From: Chitinophagales bacterium
GTDB lineage: Bacteria; Bacteroidota; Bacteroidia; Chitinophagales; JAUHXS01
Length of the DNA: 64,000 bases
Direction of reading: 5' to 3'
Assembly (NCBI GenBank): GCA_965213575.1
Contig: CBDBZN010000006.1
Span: 1,698-65,697 of the forward strand
The notes under the pieces are model-generated. The model had not been told where the DNA came from, did not search any database, and saw only the letters and a list, made by a program, of their open reading frames with translations. Each line of letters opens with the position of its first letter. The first letter of the stretch is position 1. Made by a program: the position numbers and the translations under genes. This document shows, piece after piece, positions 40,204 to 50,425 of this stretch.

Positions 40204-40752
40204 TTAAGCGGTTAAATTTCTTTTTATGGATGTGGACTTACCTTCATTAGGGTCAAACACTACATCTCTTATTAGTTTGGCAAGTTTTTCTCGTCCTCTG
40301 GTTACTCTAGATTTGATCGCCGAGAGCGTCCCTCCTTCTATTTCTTGAATTTCCTTCAGCGAGAAGCCGGATATTTCAAATAAGATCAGTGCATTTTTAT
40401 ATTTATCGGGAAGCTTACCAAGTGCTTCATATAATATCTGAATGTCCATCGCCACTTCCGGATTTATAGCAGGATCTTTTACCTCCATAGCATGGTCGTG
40501 ATCGTATGTTCCCCAAAATTTATTGGTTCGGTATTTTCTTTTAATTAATCTACTCGCGACACCAAATAAATAATAGATGAATGCCTTTTTGTTTTTAATT
40601 TTTTCAAAACCTTCATATGCTACCAGTACCGTTTCGCTCACAAGATCTTTAGCATCTTCCTCATTATGTGTTCTTACTTGACAAAATCGAGCAAACCGCT
40701 CGTGTACCGGCTCATACAAAGTCATAAATGCTGATTGTTTATTTTTTTCCAA
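40204..40752 (-). CDS. ECF-type RNA polymerase sigma factor
   Basis: 182 aa. Region 2 (DAKDLVSETVLVAYEGF) and region 4 (FSLKEIQEIEGGTLSAIKSRVTRGREKL). Confidence 0.8.
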   Translation of the reverse strand: MEKNKQSAFMTLYEPVHERFARFCQVRTHNEEDAKDLVSETVLVAYEGFEKIKNKKAFIYYLFGVASRLIKRKYRTNKFWGTYDHDHAMEVKDPAINPEVAMDIQILYEALGKLPDKYKNALILFEISGFSLKEIQEIEGGTLSAIKSRVTRGREKLAKLIRDVVFDPNEGKSTSIKRNLTA

Positions 40753-40973
40753 ATCGCTTTTTTAAAGTGTTGGTATAAGTAAGTGCCACTAAGGTGCAAA
40801 AAAGTTGCAGGATAAGTTAAAAAAGTTTTTAGTTATAGCTGAATAGCAGGTAGACTATAGATTATTGCAATAAAAAATATCATTATGTGTTAGCTATATT
40901 TAACACTCCTTAACAGTAATTAACATATTGTTACTATGGCTAATTATATCTTTATAATCTAAATATTGAGCAT

Positions 40974-41822
40974 ATGAAGAATGTGATAAGTGTCTTTTTA
41001 ATTATAATAAGTATGGTACTTGTAATTGTCACTGTAAAAGCACAAACAATCCAAGGCAAAGTCATTGAAAACAAAAGCTATGCTCCTATAGCTTTTGTCA
41101 ATATTGGAATTCCCGATAAGGGAATCGGCACGGTATCAGATATTGATGGCAGTTTTAAGTTAGACTTAACTAATCTGACAGAAGATCAATTAATTCTTTT
41201 TTCTATTATTGGATACGAAAAAACACAAATGCGTATAAGTGAATTAAATGAATATTTAATGGATAGTATACTAGTTATCAAGCTGAAAGAAAAGTCATTC
41301 CAGTTAGATGAAGTAGTAATTAATCCTAAAAAATGGAAACATAAAATTATAGGAAACGAAACAACTACTCAAAGAATTTCTTTTAGTTTCTTGAATAATA
41401 ATTTGGGTAATGAATTTGGAACAAAAATGAAGATCAGAAAAAATAAAGATACTTATCTGGAGGAGTTTAACTTTTCAATAGCATATAATAAATGTGATAG
41501 CCTTTATTTTAGATTAAACATATATGATATAGAGGATGGATACCCTAATAACAATTTGCTAAAACAAAACATAATCATTAAAACAAATATTAAAAACGGT
41601 GTGGTTTCGGTGGATTTATCTCCATATCAAATTTATGTGCAAGATGATATCATAGTGTCACTTGAATGGTTAAGAGATTTATGCTCAAATGCTAATAGTG
41701 AATTAGGATTTTCTGCTTCTCTTTTTGGAAATGCCTATGATAGGTCAAGAAGTTTCGAAGGGTGGGGTAAAATTTCTGTAGCTACCCCCGGAATGTGGAT
41801 GAAAGTGAGATATGAGCAATAA
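40974..41822 (+). CDS. CarboxypepD_reg-like domain protein
   Basis: 282 aa. Signal peptide, then IQGKVIENKSYAPIAFVNIGIPDKGIGTVSDIDGSFKL, typical of the carboxypeptidase-regulatory-like fold. The rest is uncharacterised. Confidence 0.55.
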   Translation: MKNVISVFLIIISMVLVIVTVKAQTIQGKVIENKSYAPIAFVNIGIPDKGIGTVSDIDGSFKLDLTNLTEDQLILFSIIGYEKTQMRISELNEYLMDSILVIKLKEKSFQLDEVVINPKKWKHKIIGNETTTQRISFSFLNNNLGNEFGTKMKIRKNKDTYLEEFNFSIAYNKCDSLYFRLNIYDIEDGYPNNNLLKQNIIIKTNIKNGVVSVDLSPYQIYVQDDIIVSLEWLRDLCSNANSELGFSASLFGNAYDRSRSFEGWGKISVATPGMWMKVRYEQ

Positions 41823-42022
41823 ACCCATTCAATAGCCATAAACTCCACTAAAGTTATTATCGCTAGGGAGTAAAAGTTAAAAAGTAAGATGAAAAAAGTT
41901 CATGAGAATGGTTAATTGACTATAGCTCATATCGTGAAAAAAGCACCACTACAAATTTTCATTCATTTCTAAGAAAACTCCTAACTTTAAACAATCTAAC
42001 CTTAAACTTTAAACTAAACAAT

Positions 42023-42538
42023 ATGGCCCTGATAAAAACCGTCAGAAATCATACTCCTAAAATGGGGAAAGATTGCTTTTTAGCAGATAATGCAACACTT
42101 ATTGGCGAAGTTACTACGGGTGATGAATGTAGCGTCTGGTTTAGTGCAGTAGTGAGAGGAGATGTAAATTCCATAACTATGGGCAACAAAGTAAACATAC
42201 AAGATGGCGCAGTTATTCATTGCACTTATAAAAAAACTAAAACTATAATAGGCAATAATGTGTCTATTGGCCATAATGCCATCGTGCATGGTTGCACACT
42301 AGAAGATAATGTATTGGTGGGTATGGGAGCCATTGTGATGGACCATGCCGTAGTTAAAGAAAATACTATTATTGCAGCCGGGGCAGTGGTGCTGCAAAAT
42401 ACTGTGGTAGAAGCTAATTGTATCTACGCCGGCGTACCGGCTAAAAAAGTGAAGGAGTTAAAAAATAGCGAGTTCAATGACTTGAATAAGCGAACTGCTA
42501 ATCAATATGTAATGTATGCAGGATGGTTTAAAGAGTAA
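42023..42538 (+). CDS. gamma-carbonic-anhydrase-like hexapeptide-repeat protein (YrdA/PaaY family)
   Basis: 171 aa. Left-handed beta-helix hexapeptide repeats and the conserved WFSAVVRGDVNSITMG and IHC...GHNAIVHGC blocks. Confidence 0.8.
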   Translation: MALIKTVRNHTPKMGKDCFLADNATLIGEVTTGDECSVWFSAVVRGDVNSITMGNKVNIQDGAVIHCTYKKTKTIIGNNVSIGHNAIVHGCTLEDNVLVGMGAIVMDHAVVKENTIIAAGAVVLQNTVVEANCIYAGVPAKKVKELKNSEFNDLNKRTANQYVMYAGWFKE

Positions 42539-42678
42539 ATCTTTTCTGTACGAAATCTTGTAATCCTATTATATTATTTAATAAAACAATAGAAATACAA
42601 AATTGGCTGAATTATTGTATTAATTGAAATAGCCTTAATTTTTGAATTTGGCTTATTATTAATGTCTTTGATAAGTTT

Positions 42679-42939
42679 ATGGAAATGGAAGTAATTGACA
42701 TCATTGGTATTGTGGCTGGTACTTGCACTACTATAGCAGCTACTCCTCAGCTAATAAAAATCTACAAAACCAAAGATGTAGCAGATTTATCTACTGGGAT
42801 GTTTAGTGTACTAGTACTGGGATTGCTACTTTGGACAATATATGGAATTATGAAACCTGACTGGCCTATAATCGTAACTAACTTCATAGCATGTGTATTA
42901 AATGCTATTATTCTTTTTAATATATTAAAATTTCGGTAA
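42679..42939 (+). CDS. SemiSWEET / PQ-loop family small transporter
   Basis: 86 aa with three TM helices and a PQ motif (TTIAATPQLIKIYKTK) in helix 1. Confidence 0.65.
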   Translation: MEMEVIDIIGIVAGTCTTIAATPQLIKIYKTKDVADLSTGMFSVLVLGLLLWTIYGIMKPDWPIIVTNFIACVLNAIILFNILKFR

Positions 42940-42985
42940 TAGTTCTGGCATTATAGTTGTAAGATGTATCAATAACCTAATTCTC

Positions 42986-43438
42986 ATGAATTATAGTCTG
43001 ATACTTTTTGAAGGATTTATTGCTACCTCTTTGATGACAAGCTTTAGCTACTTTGCTTCTAAAATCACTGCTCATCAGTTCAGAGAACCCAAATTATTAA
43101 ATGTAGTATTTTCAAATTCAAAAATATTTCCTGCACGCATAGCTAAAAATCATGTCTTAGGTTGGATCATTCACTATTTAGTTGGCTACCTATTTGTGAT
43201 GCTATTTGAAATGATATGGGCGTATACATATATTCCTAAAAATATCATCTGGAGTTTAATCTTGGGACTTTGTGCGGGTCTGATCGGGGTTTTAATTTGG
43301 ATGCTTGTTTTAGCGTTTCACAATAATCCTCCTCAATTGGCCAGAAATAAATTTTATATTCAACTCGTTATAGCACATATCATTTTTGGATTGGGAGTTA
43401 TTTTATCATTCTATCTTATCCAAATAATTAAAATTTGA
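42986..43438 (+). CDS. small integral membrane protein, unknown function
   Basis: 150 aa with about 4 hydrophobic helices. No motif recognised. Confidence 0.45.
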   Translation: MNYSLILFEGFIATSLMTSFSYFASKITAHQFREPKLLNVVFSNSKIFPARIAKNHVLGWIIHYLVGYLFVMLFEMIWAYTYIPKNIIWSLILGLCAGLIGVLIWMLVLAFHNNPPQLARNKFYIQLVIAHIIFGLGVILSFYLIQIIKI

Positions 43439-43554
43439 AGCTTGCTTTAAATAAGGTTTAAATTAACGTAGTACAGATTTAAATAATTTTGAATGGTATA
43501 TCATTCCCTGATGCTAGATGTTTAATTCTGGTCAAAATATGCAAGCTTAATATT

Positions 43555-45192
43555 TTACTTGTATGTATTTTTCATATTCATTTCTACTTCCACTTCCCAA
43601 TCTTCTCTTATTTCAATTTCTTCCGGGTAGTTAATAATTTTTTCCGGCTGCAATCTTTTTTTCCAATTACCGGTATCCCATTGTTTATTATCATTTTTAT
43701 CAATAATAACTTTTATACGATATAGCCCTGGAGAAAGATACTTGTAATTTAGCTGAGTTGATTTATGAAGAACAGCACTTTTTACAATTGCATTATTTTG
43801 AATAAGTTGAAAATAATAATTAACCTTTGATAATGAATCCATCTTAAAAGAGATATTTAATGCTCCGTAATCTTCCTTTGCTTTTGTCTTTAAACGAAAC
43901 ACCAAAGAATCATTTTGTATGTTGAATATATCAGTGAATGTATTAGCGGGAATAGTAATCCAATATTCTTTTTCCTGCTTCCAATTATAATCAATTTTCA
44001 ATTTTTTATTTAATGGCTCTACCAGCGATATTTTAGTTTTTATAGTATTGGCCACACTATCTTCTGAAACTTTTATTTTTTCTAAGTTTGCTCCTGCAAT
44101 TGGATGACTAAAAATTAAATCAACTGGTTGATAAAACGCTATATTATTAGAAGGTACTGATATTTGTAATGGCGAGGCTTCTTCAATACTCTTGTCTTTG
44201 GGTAAAGCTAGCATATCAACTGAAACAGTATCTATAATTTTAGAGGAATCGTAAATTAAGAATTCGAGTGATTCTTGATAATAGTCTGTCGTCCAATAAA
44301 TAATAGTGTCTTTGTGAATAGAGTATTCCATTTTTTCAATCACTCCTTTTTCTACTTGATCAAGTCTTTTAACATCATTATATGGAGAAGGTTTAGAAAA
44401 ATTAAATATGACTTTTCCCGGATGAGGAGTAGTAGCCTCTAATAATTTTATTGGTTGGTCCGCCTCAAATAAATTGAGCACATAATAATTATTTGAGTCA
44501 TTTTTAACCTCAATTAAGCTATCAATAAATGCAATACTTTCTCCGGGTTGATCATACGTAAGGCTATTATTCTGATCTAATAAAGCATATAATCGGTAAT
44601 ATCCTGCTGCTAAATTTTCTAATTGATAGTTGCCGTTGCCATCAGTGATGGTGTAATAATAAGGCTTGTTAGTAGTAAAAGCAGTATCACTCTGATCCTT
44701 ATAAAGTGCTACTACAACTTCTTTTACAGTTTCATTGTTCTCCGCCTTAATAACTTGCCCTTTAATAAAAAGTGAATCGAGGTAAGCCCCGGTAGAAAAA
44801 ACATAATTGTATTGGCGCAAAACATTACCTTCAGTATTGTCTTTTATACCTTTTGAGAGATTAATTGTATAAGTGGTATTATCTGCTAAAGTACAAGCGG
44901 AGAGGTCTATTTCTAAGCTTCTCCCTTTGATTTTATAGGTAGGCTGGCAATCTAAAAAAGGAGAAATGATAACATTGTTTTGAATATTATTTAAAACAAT
45001 ATATTCATCAAATTTTATGAGAATTGTTTTACCGGCAAAGTTTACAGATTTATTAGGCGGATAAGTATCTAACACGTTAGGAGGAGTAATATCTTTATCT
45101 CCCCCTGTAGGTTTTACCACATTCGCGCAATTTGAAAGCAGAAAGTAGAGTGATAATACGCAAGTGATCTTAACTAAGCATTTAAAATTCAA
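43555..45192 (-). CDS. lipoprotein with Ig-like (SbsA_Ig/Big_5-like) N-terminal domain
   Basis: 545 aa, TTG start. Lipobox LLSNC followed by KPTGGDKDITPPNVLDTYPPNKSVNF, typical of Ig-like-domain lipoproteins of Bacteroidota. Confidence 0.55.
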   Translation of the reverse strand: MNFKCLVKITCVLSLYFLLSNCANVVKPTGGDKDITPPNVLDTYPPNKSVNFAGKTILIKFDEYIVLNNIQNNVIISPFLDCQPTYKIKGRSLEIDLSACTLADNTTYTINLSKGIKDNTEGNVLRQYNYVFSTGAYLDSLFIKGQVIKAENNETVKEVVVALYKDQSDTAFTTNKPYYYTITDGNGNYQLENLAAGYYRLYALLDQNNSLTYDQPGESIAFIDSLIEVKNDSNNYYVLNLFEADQPIKLLEATTPHPGKVIFNFSKPSPYNDVKRLDQVEKGVIEKMEYSIHKDTIIYWTTDYYQESLEFLIYDSSKIIDTVSVDMLALPKDKSIEEASPLQISVPSNNIAFYQPVDLIFSHPIAGANLEKIKVSEDSVANTIKTKISLVEPLNKKLKIDYNWKQEKEYWITIPANTFTDIFNIQNDSLVFRLKTKAKEDYGALNISFKMDSLSKVNYYFQLIQNNAIVKSAVLHKSTQLNYKYLSPGLYRIKVIIDKNDNKQWDTGNWKKRLQPEKIINYPEEIEIREDWEVEVEMNMKNTYK

Positions 45193-45207
45193 AATTCAAA
45201 ACTTTAA

Positions 45208-47067
45208 TTATCTTCCCATATGCACCATAAGTATAGAAATATCAGCCGGGCTCACTCCACTGATCCTGCTTGCTTGCCCAATGGTACGAGGTTTTACTAG
45301 TGTTAATTTTTCTGATGCTTCTGAAGAAAGTGCCTGAATAGACTTATAATCAAAATTTGTTTTTATTTTCAAAGATTCCAATCGTTGCATTTTTTCTACC
45401 AATTCCCTTTCTTTTGCTACATAACCTGAATACTTTAATTCTATTTCGGCAGCTTCCAGCACTTCTTTATCATATTGAGCACAGAAATTTTCTATTTGAT
45501 CAATATTTTGAAGGTCTTTTATTCCTACTTGAGGGCGGGCAATTATATTTTTAAGCTTAATCTGTTGAGTGATCGGATTAGTACTTAAACTTTCTAAAGT
45601 AGGATTTACCTGTTCCGGAGCAATACTTGTATTATTTATAAAAGAAAGAACTTCTTTAATTTTATGCTTTTTATCTTTTACTGCTTCAAGCCTTTCATTA
45701 CTTGCTAACCCAATTTTATTTCCAAGTGGAGTTAATCGCTGATCAGCATTATCTTGTCGGAGCAAAATTCTGAATTCTGCTCTTGAAGTAAACATGCGAT
45801 AAGGTTCATCCGTGCCTTTGTTGATCAAATCATCTATCAAGACCCCAATATATGCTTGAGAACGATCTAAAACAACAGGCTCCTCTTCTTTTATTTTTCT
45901 AACTGCATTAATGCCTGCCATCAATCCCTGACAAGCAGCCTCTTCATACCCGGTGGTTCCGTTTATTTGTCCGGCAAAATATAAGTTCTTAATTATCCTC
46001 GTTTCTAGCGTCATTTCTAGTTGAGTAGGAGGAAAGTAATCATACTCGATAGCATATCCCGGCCTGAACATTTTTACATTTTCAAATCCTGGTATGTTCT
46101 TCATTGCCTTATATTGCACCTCTTCCGGCAGGGAAGTTGAAAACCCATTGACATATATTTCTACCGTATCCCATCCTTCCGGCTCAATAAAAAGTTGATG
46201 CCTGTCTCTTTCAGCAAAGCGATTGATTTTGTCTTCTATAGAAGGACAATAGCGTGGCCCCAGGCCTTTGATGCTACCATTAAACATGGGCGATTTATCA
46301 AATCCCTCTTTTAATAGATCATGCACTTCAGTATTGGTGTATGAAATATAGCAGCTGCGTTGTTTATTTAAAGCTTTGGAAGGTAAATATGAAAACTTAA
46401 CAGGATCTTCATCCCCTTTTTGTTCCTCCATTATATCATAATTAAGCGACCGGCCATCAACTCTCGGTGGTGTTCCGGTTTTCATTCGCCCACTTTTAAA
46501 CCCTAAATCCACCAGTTGTTCCGTGATACCGGTTGAAGCTTTTTCTCCTGCTCTTCCCCCACCAAACTGTTTGTCACCAATATGAATCAGGCCATTTAAA
46601 AAAGTGCCGTTAGTAAGTACCACGGCTTTTGCTTTGATTTCTATTCCCATAGAGGTTTTAATGCCTATTACCCTGGCATCTTTAATGATTAATTCTCGAA
46701 CCATTTCTTGCCAAAAGTCAACATTGGGTGTCTGTTCTAACATCATTCTCCATTTATGAGCAAAAACCATTCGATCATTTTGGGTACGCGGACTCCACAT
46801 AGCAGGGCCTTTAGAGCGGTTTAGCAATCGATATTGTATAGCACTTGCATCACTCACAATACCTGAATAACCACCTAAGGCATCTATTTCTCTTATTATC
46901 TGCCCTTTTGCTACACCTCCCATAGCGGGATTACAAGACATTTGAGCGATAGTTTGCATATTCATTGTAACTAACAATACGGAAGCACCCATATTGGCTG
47001 CAGCTGCTGCTGCTTCACAACCGGCATGGCCTGCTCCTACTATTATCACATCATATTGCTTAAACAT
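45208..47067 (-). CDS. mnmG: tRNA uridine 5-carboxymethylaminomethyl modification enzyme MnmG (GidA)
   Basis: 619 aa. FAD-binding DVIIVGAGHAGCEAA N-terminus and conserved GidA blocks throughout. Confidence 0.9.
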   Translation of the reverse strand: MFKQYDVIIVGAGHAGCEAAAAAANMGASVLLVTMNMQTIAQMSCNPAMGGVAKGQIIREIDALGGYSGIVSDASAIQYRLLNRSKGPAMWSPRTQNDRMVFAHKWRMMLEQTPNVDFWQEMVRELIIKDARVIGIKTSMGIEIKAKAVVLTNGTFLNGLIHIGDKQFGGGRAGEKASTGITEQLVDLGFKSGRMKTGTPPRVDGRSLNYDIMEEQKGDEDPVKFSYLPSKALNKQRSCYISYTNTEVHDLLKEGFDKSPMFNGSIKGLGPRYCPSIEDKINRFAERDRHQLFIEPEGWDTVEIYVNGFSTSLPEEVQYKAMKNIPGFENVKMFRPGYAIEYDYFPPTQLEMTLETRIIKNLYFAGQINGTTGYEEAACQGLMAGINAVRKIKEEEPVVLDRSQAYIGVLIDDLINKGTDEPYRMFTSRAEFRILLRQDNADQRLTPLGNKIGLASNERLEAVKDKKHKIKEVLSFINNTSIAPEQVNPTLESLSTNPITQQIKLKNIIARPQVGIKDLQNIDQIENFCAQYDKEVLEAAEIELKYSGYVAKERELVEKMQRLESLKIKTNFDYKSIQALSSEASEKLTLVKPRTIGQASRISGVSPADISILMVHMGR

Positions 47068-47109
47068 GCTGCAAAGATACGAATTTGCATATTATTATCT
47101 ATAAACCGC

Positions 47110-47123
47110 GTTCCACGTGGAAC
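47110..47123. repeat. 14-bp perfect palindrome GTTCCACGTGGAAC (copy 1)
   Basis: Lies in the divergent mnmG / OmpA-family intergenic region, 43 nt from the mnmG start and 47 nt from the OmpA-family start. Confidence 0.7.
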
Positions 47124-47169
47124 ACAATATTTAAAGAGAATTTTTTATATTTGGTATAAAGCCAGATTT

Positions 47170-48279
47170 ATGAAAATGTTAGTAACCGTATTGATTACAT
47201 GTGTATTATTTATCGGCAATTCTGCAGCTTTTGATCAATTACTTGAGGATAGTATTGCTTATCAGCCTAAGGGATGGCACTCTAGTTTGAAAGATACCAT
47301 ACATTACTACTTAGAAAGTACAAATAATGTTTACAACGAGAGTGTTTTTGGCTATAAGCAGCCCAGATCCGGACAGGCATATGCAGGTTTTACGGTAAAT
47401 AGAACGGGATCAGATAAACCTGAGTATCTTATTAAAGAATTAAATAATCCCTTAGTGAGCGGTACCGAATACATGCTGACTTTTTATGTGTCATTGTCGC
47501 AATACTCTACCCATGGAACAAATAATATTGGTGCCTATGTGGGAGAAGATTTAATAGAGGGTGAAGTGAATAATTATTTAAATTACTTCCCTCAAGTTTA
47601 CAGCATGGATCAAAAAAGCTTAACAAATTCTACATCATGGACAAAGGTCAGTAACACTTTTATTGCAAAAGGCGGAGAAAAGTATGTCATTGTGGGATCA
47701 TTTAGTTCAGCCATGAAAAATAATATCGAAGCCTCATCTTTAAGCAATAGTTTAATTCATTATTTTATTGATAATGTTTCATTGAAAGAATTAGGAGAAG
47801 AAAACAACCTTATTGAGAATGGAAGTTTTGAAGAATATGAAGCTTTTAATAATAAAAATATACCAGAAGTTGATACCTTTCAAGACATAGCTTTTGTTAA
47901 ACTGGAAGAAGTAGATATAGCTAGTATGGAACTCGGGCAGAAGATCGTTTTACACAATATACTATTTGAAACCGGCAAATCAATCCTGCTTCCTAAGTCT
48001 TATAATGAACTGAATTTTCTAGTGTATATATTAAACTTACATGAAAATATGCATATTAAAATAACTGGCCATACAGATAATGTAGGACGAGAAAACTTTA
48101 ATAAACAACTTTCTGAAGAACGAGCTCAAACTGTTATAGATTATCTTTTAACTCAAAATGTTGATATAGATCGCCTCGACTCTGAAGGCCATGGCAGCCG
48201 AGAACCTGTAAGGACTAATTTAACAGAAGAAGGTAGGAGGTTGAATAGAAGAGTTGAATTTACTATTGTTAAATTCTAG
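47170..48279 (+). CDS. OmpA-family protein (unknown N-terminal domain plus OmpA_C peptidoglycan-binding domain)
   Basis: Start MKMLVTVLITCVLF at 47170. The 47026 start in the track overlaps mnmG and is rejected. C-terminal ...ITGHTDNVGRENFNKQLSEERAQTV...NRRVEF is the OmpA-like domain. Confidence 0.8.
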   Translation: MKMLVTVLITCVLFIGNSAAFDQLLEDSIAYQPKGWHSSLKDTIHYYLESTNNVYNESVFGYKQPRSGQAYAGFTVNRTGSDKPEYLIKELNNPLVSGTEYMLTFYVSLSQYSTHGTNNIGAYVGEDLIEGEVNNYLNYFPQVYSMDQKSLTNSTSWTKVSNTFIAKGGEKYVIVGSFSSAMKNNIEASSLSNSLIHYFIDNVSLKELGEENNLIENGSFEEYEAFNNKNIPEVDTFQDIAFVKLEEVDIASMELGQKIVLHNILFETGKSILLPKSYNELNFLVYILNLHENMHIKITGHTDNVGRENFNKQLSEERAQTVIDYLLTQNVDIDRLDSEGHGSREPVRTNLTEEGRRLNRRVEFTIVKF

Positions 48280-48295
48280 AATTATATGGCGCTGA

Positions 48296-48945
48296 ATGTT
48301 TCACGTGGAACATGAAATTATTAATTTACTAAGACTTTTTTATAAAAACACGCCTTCGCTACCCGGTGAGCTTGCTCATAAGAAATTGTCCCCTACCGTA
48401 GTAATAAAACAATACATGATTCTACCTGGAAAAAAAGTGGAGTTTTGTTACTTCTATATTCTGTAAAGAATCAACTTCATTTTGCACTCACAGAAAGGAA
48501 TATCTATAAAGGTGTTCATAGCGGGCAAATAAGTTTACCCGGTGGCCGTATGGAAAAAGAAGATATCGATTTACAAGCTACTGCCTTAAGAGAGACATAT
48601 GAAGAAATAGGAATAATACCTGCAAGCGTAGAGGTACTGGGTAATTTATCTACTATTTATATTCCACCTAGTAAATCTATAGTATATCCGTATATAGGGT
48701 ATTTGCCTGCTAGTCCTCTCTACAAAATAGATAGTCGTGAAGTCAATAAAATCATTGAGTTTCCCTTTGATGCTTTTAAGGAGATAACTTATAAAAATAA
48801 GCCCATGAAGATGAGCACCGGAGTAATCATAAAAGATGTTCCTTACTTTGATATATTAGGATATACTGTTTGGGGTGCGACAGCAATGATCCTGAATGAA
48901 TTTAAACATATTATGGAAAAGATGAAAGCTGAAGTAAGTTACTAG
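48296..48945 (+). pseudogene. Nudix hydrolase (CoA pyrophosphatase-like) with a frameshift in an A7 run
   Basis: Nudix box GGRMEKEDIDLQATALRETYEEIGI. The track ORF (48445..) lacks an N-terminus. A second frame from ATG 48296 encodes MFHVEHEIINLLRLFYKNTPSLPGELAHKKLSPTVVIKQYMILPGKK and stops at 48464..48466. Eight instead of seven A at 48430..48436 would join the two frames (…PGKKSGVLLLLYS…). Confidence 0.65.
48298..48311. repeat. GTTTCACGTGGAAC palindrome (copy 2, one mismatch)
   Basis: 13 of 14 positions match the other two copies. It overlaps codons 1-6 of the reconstructed Nudix gene and lies 19 nt after the OmpA-family stop. Confidence 0.65.
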
Positions 48946-49003
48946 CATTTAGCAATCAAGTTTGACTTAAAACTTTGACTTGTAAAATTTGCAAATCGTA
49001 AGA

Positions 49004-50413
49004 TCAAAAATCTAACTTAATTTTTACTTCTCCTACCATATTCTCCGGCACTACCCATTTATCATAATCTTCTTCTGAGAGATAGCCTAATGACAAAGCT
49101 GCTTCTTTAAGCGTTGTATCTTCTTTGTGAGCTTTTTTAGCTATTTCAGATGCTTTATCATAACCAATATGAGGATTTAGTGCCGTTACAAGCATCAAAG
49201 AACTATTAACCTTATTTTGGATTTCCTTTTTATTAGGCTCAATACCTACTGCACAATTATCATTAAACGATACACAAGCATCGCCGATCAATCGAGCTGA
49301 ATTAAGCAAATTGTAAGCCATCATCGGTTTGAACACATTTAATTCAAAGTGCCCTGAAAGTCCACCTATATTAATAGCCACATCATTTCCCATGATTTGT
49401 GCACAAACCATTGTTAAAGCCTCACATTGAGTAGGATTGACTTTGCCGGGCATAATAGAAGATCCCGGTTCATTAGCAGGAATTAAAATTTCTCCTATTC
49501 CACTTCGAGGCCCGGAAGCTAACATTCTAATATCATTACCAATCTTCATTAAACTAGCCGCTACTGTTTTTAAAGCACCGGACATTTCTACTATTGCATC
49601 ATGAGCTGCTAACGCTTCAAACTTATTTTCTGCAGTTTTAAAAGGAAGATCAGTTAAGTCTGCAATATGTTCAGCTACTTTCTCGGAATATCCGTCTGGT
49701 GTATTAATACCTGTCCCAACTGCTGTGCCGCCTAGGGCTAATTCCGATAAATGATCCAATGCGTTATTAATCGCTTTTAAACCATGAGTTAATTGCGATA
49801 CGTAACCGGACAATTCCTGACCTAATGTCAACGGAGTAGCATCCATAAAATGAGTGCGGCCAATTTTAACCACAGACATATATTCTTTCGACTTTTTAGC
49901 TAATGTATCTCTTAATTTTTCAATTCCCGGGATAGTATTTTCAATGATCAATTTATAGCAAGCAATATGCATTGCTGTAGGAAACGTATCATTGGAAGAT
50001 TGTGACTTATTGACGTCATCATTAGGATGGAGGATTTTTTTATTGTCCGTTAGCTTACCACCATTTATAACATGGCCTCTATTTGCAACCACTTCATTAA
50101 CGTTCATATTGCTTTGCGTGCCGGAGCCAGTTTGCCATACTACTAAAGGAAATTGATCGGATAGCTTTCCTGCTATAATCTCTTCACATGCTTGAGCAAT
50201 TAACTGACTTTTTTCTTTTTCTAACACGCCACATTCAGTATTTGTTAAAGCTGCTGCTTTTTTAAGCACACCGAAAGCATGAATAATTTCAGTAGGCATT
50301 TTTTGATTGCCTATTTTAAAATTTTCTAATGACCGCTGCGTTTGAGCCGCCCAATACTTTTCTTTAGGAACTTTAACTTCTCCTAAACTGTCTTTTTCTA
50401 TTCTATATTCCAT
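49004..50413 (-). CDS. fumC: class II fumarate hydratase FumC
   Basis: 469 aa. [11 protein letters not shown] signature and fumarase/aspartase family blocks. Confidence 0.9.
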   Translation of the reverse strand: MEYRIEKDSLGEVKVPKEKYWAAQTQRSLENFKIGNQKMPTEIIHAFGVLKKAAALTNTECGVLEKEKSQLIAQACEEIIAGKLSDQFPLVVWQTGSGTQSNMNVNEVVANRGHVINGGKLTDNKKILHPNDDVNKSQSSNDTFPTAMHIACYKLIIENTIPGIEKLRDTLAKKSKEYMSVVKIGRTHFMDATPLTLGQELSGYVSQLTHGLKAINNALDHLSELALGGTAVGTGINTPDGYSEKVAEHIADLTDLPFKTAENKFEALAAHDAIVEMSGALKTVAASLMKIGNDIRMLASGPRSGIGEILIPANEPGSSIMPGKVNPTQCEALTMVCAQIMGNDVAINIGGLSGHFELNVFKPMMAYNLLNSARLIGDACVSFNDNCAVGIEPNKKEIQNKVNSSLMLVTALNPHIGYDKASEIAKKAHKEDTTLKEAALSLGYLSEEDYDKWVVPENMVGEVKIKLDF

Positions 50414-50425
50414 AATGCTATTTAT

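Noticed and set aside
43489-43725. A 78-aa plus-strand ORF downstream of the small membrane protein gene.
   Set aside because: It has low-complexity F/I/N-rich sequence and mostly overlaps the 3' end of the Ig-like lipoprotein gene on the other strand.
47026-47169. N-terminal ORF extensions in the track: 47026 for the OmpA-family gene, 53322 for the deacetylase, 17930 for the BamA-like gene, 23059 for DUF3078 and 61833 for the RAYT.
   Set aside because: The extensions overlap neighbouring genes or lack signal peptides. Internal starts give proper signal peptides or conserved N-termini.
48424-48440. Programmed -1 ribosomal frameshifting at A AAA AAA G in the Nudix gene.
   Set aside because: No downstream stimulatory structure is evident, no precedent is known for this family, and a second homopolymer frameshift in the same window points to sequencing error or simple mutation.
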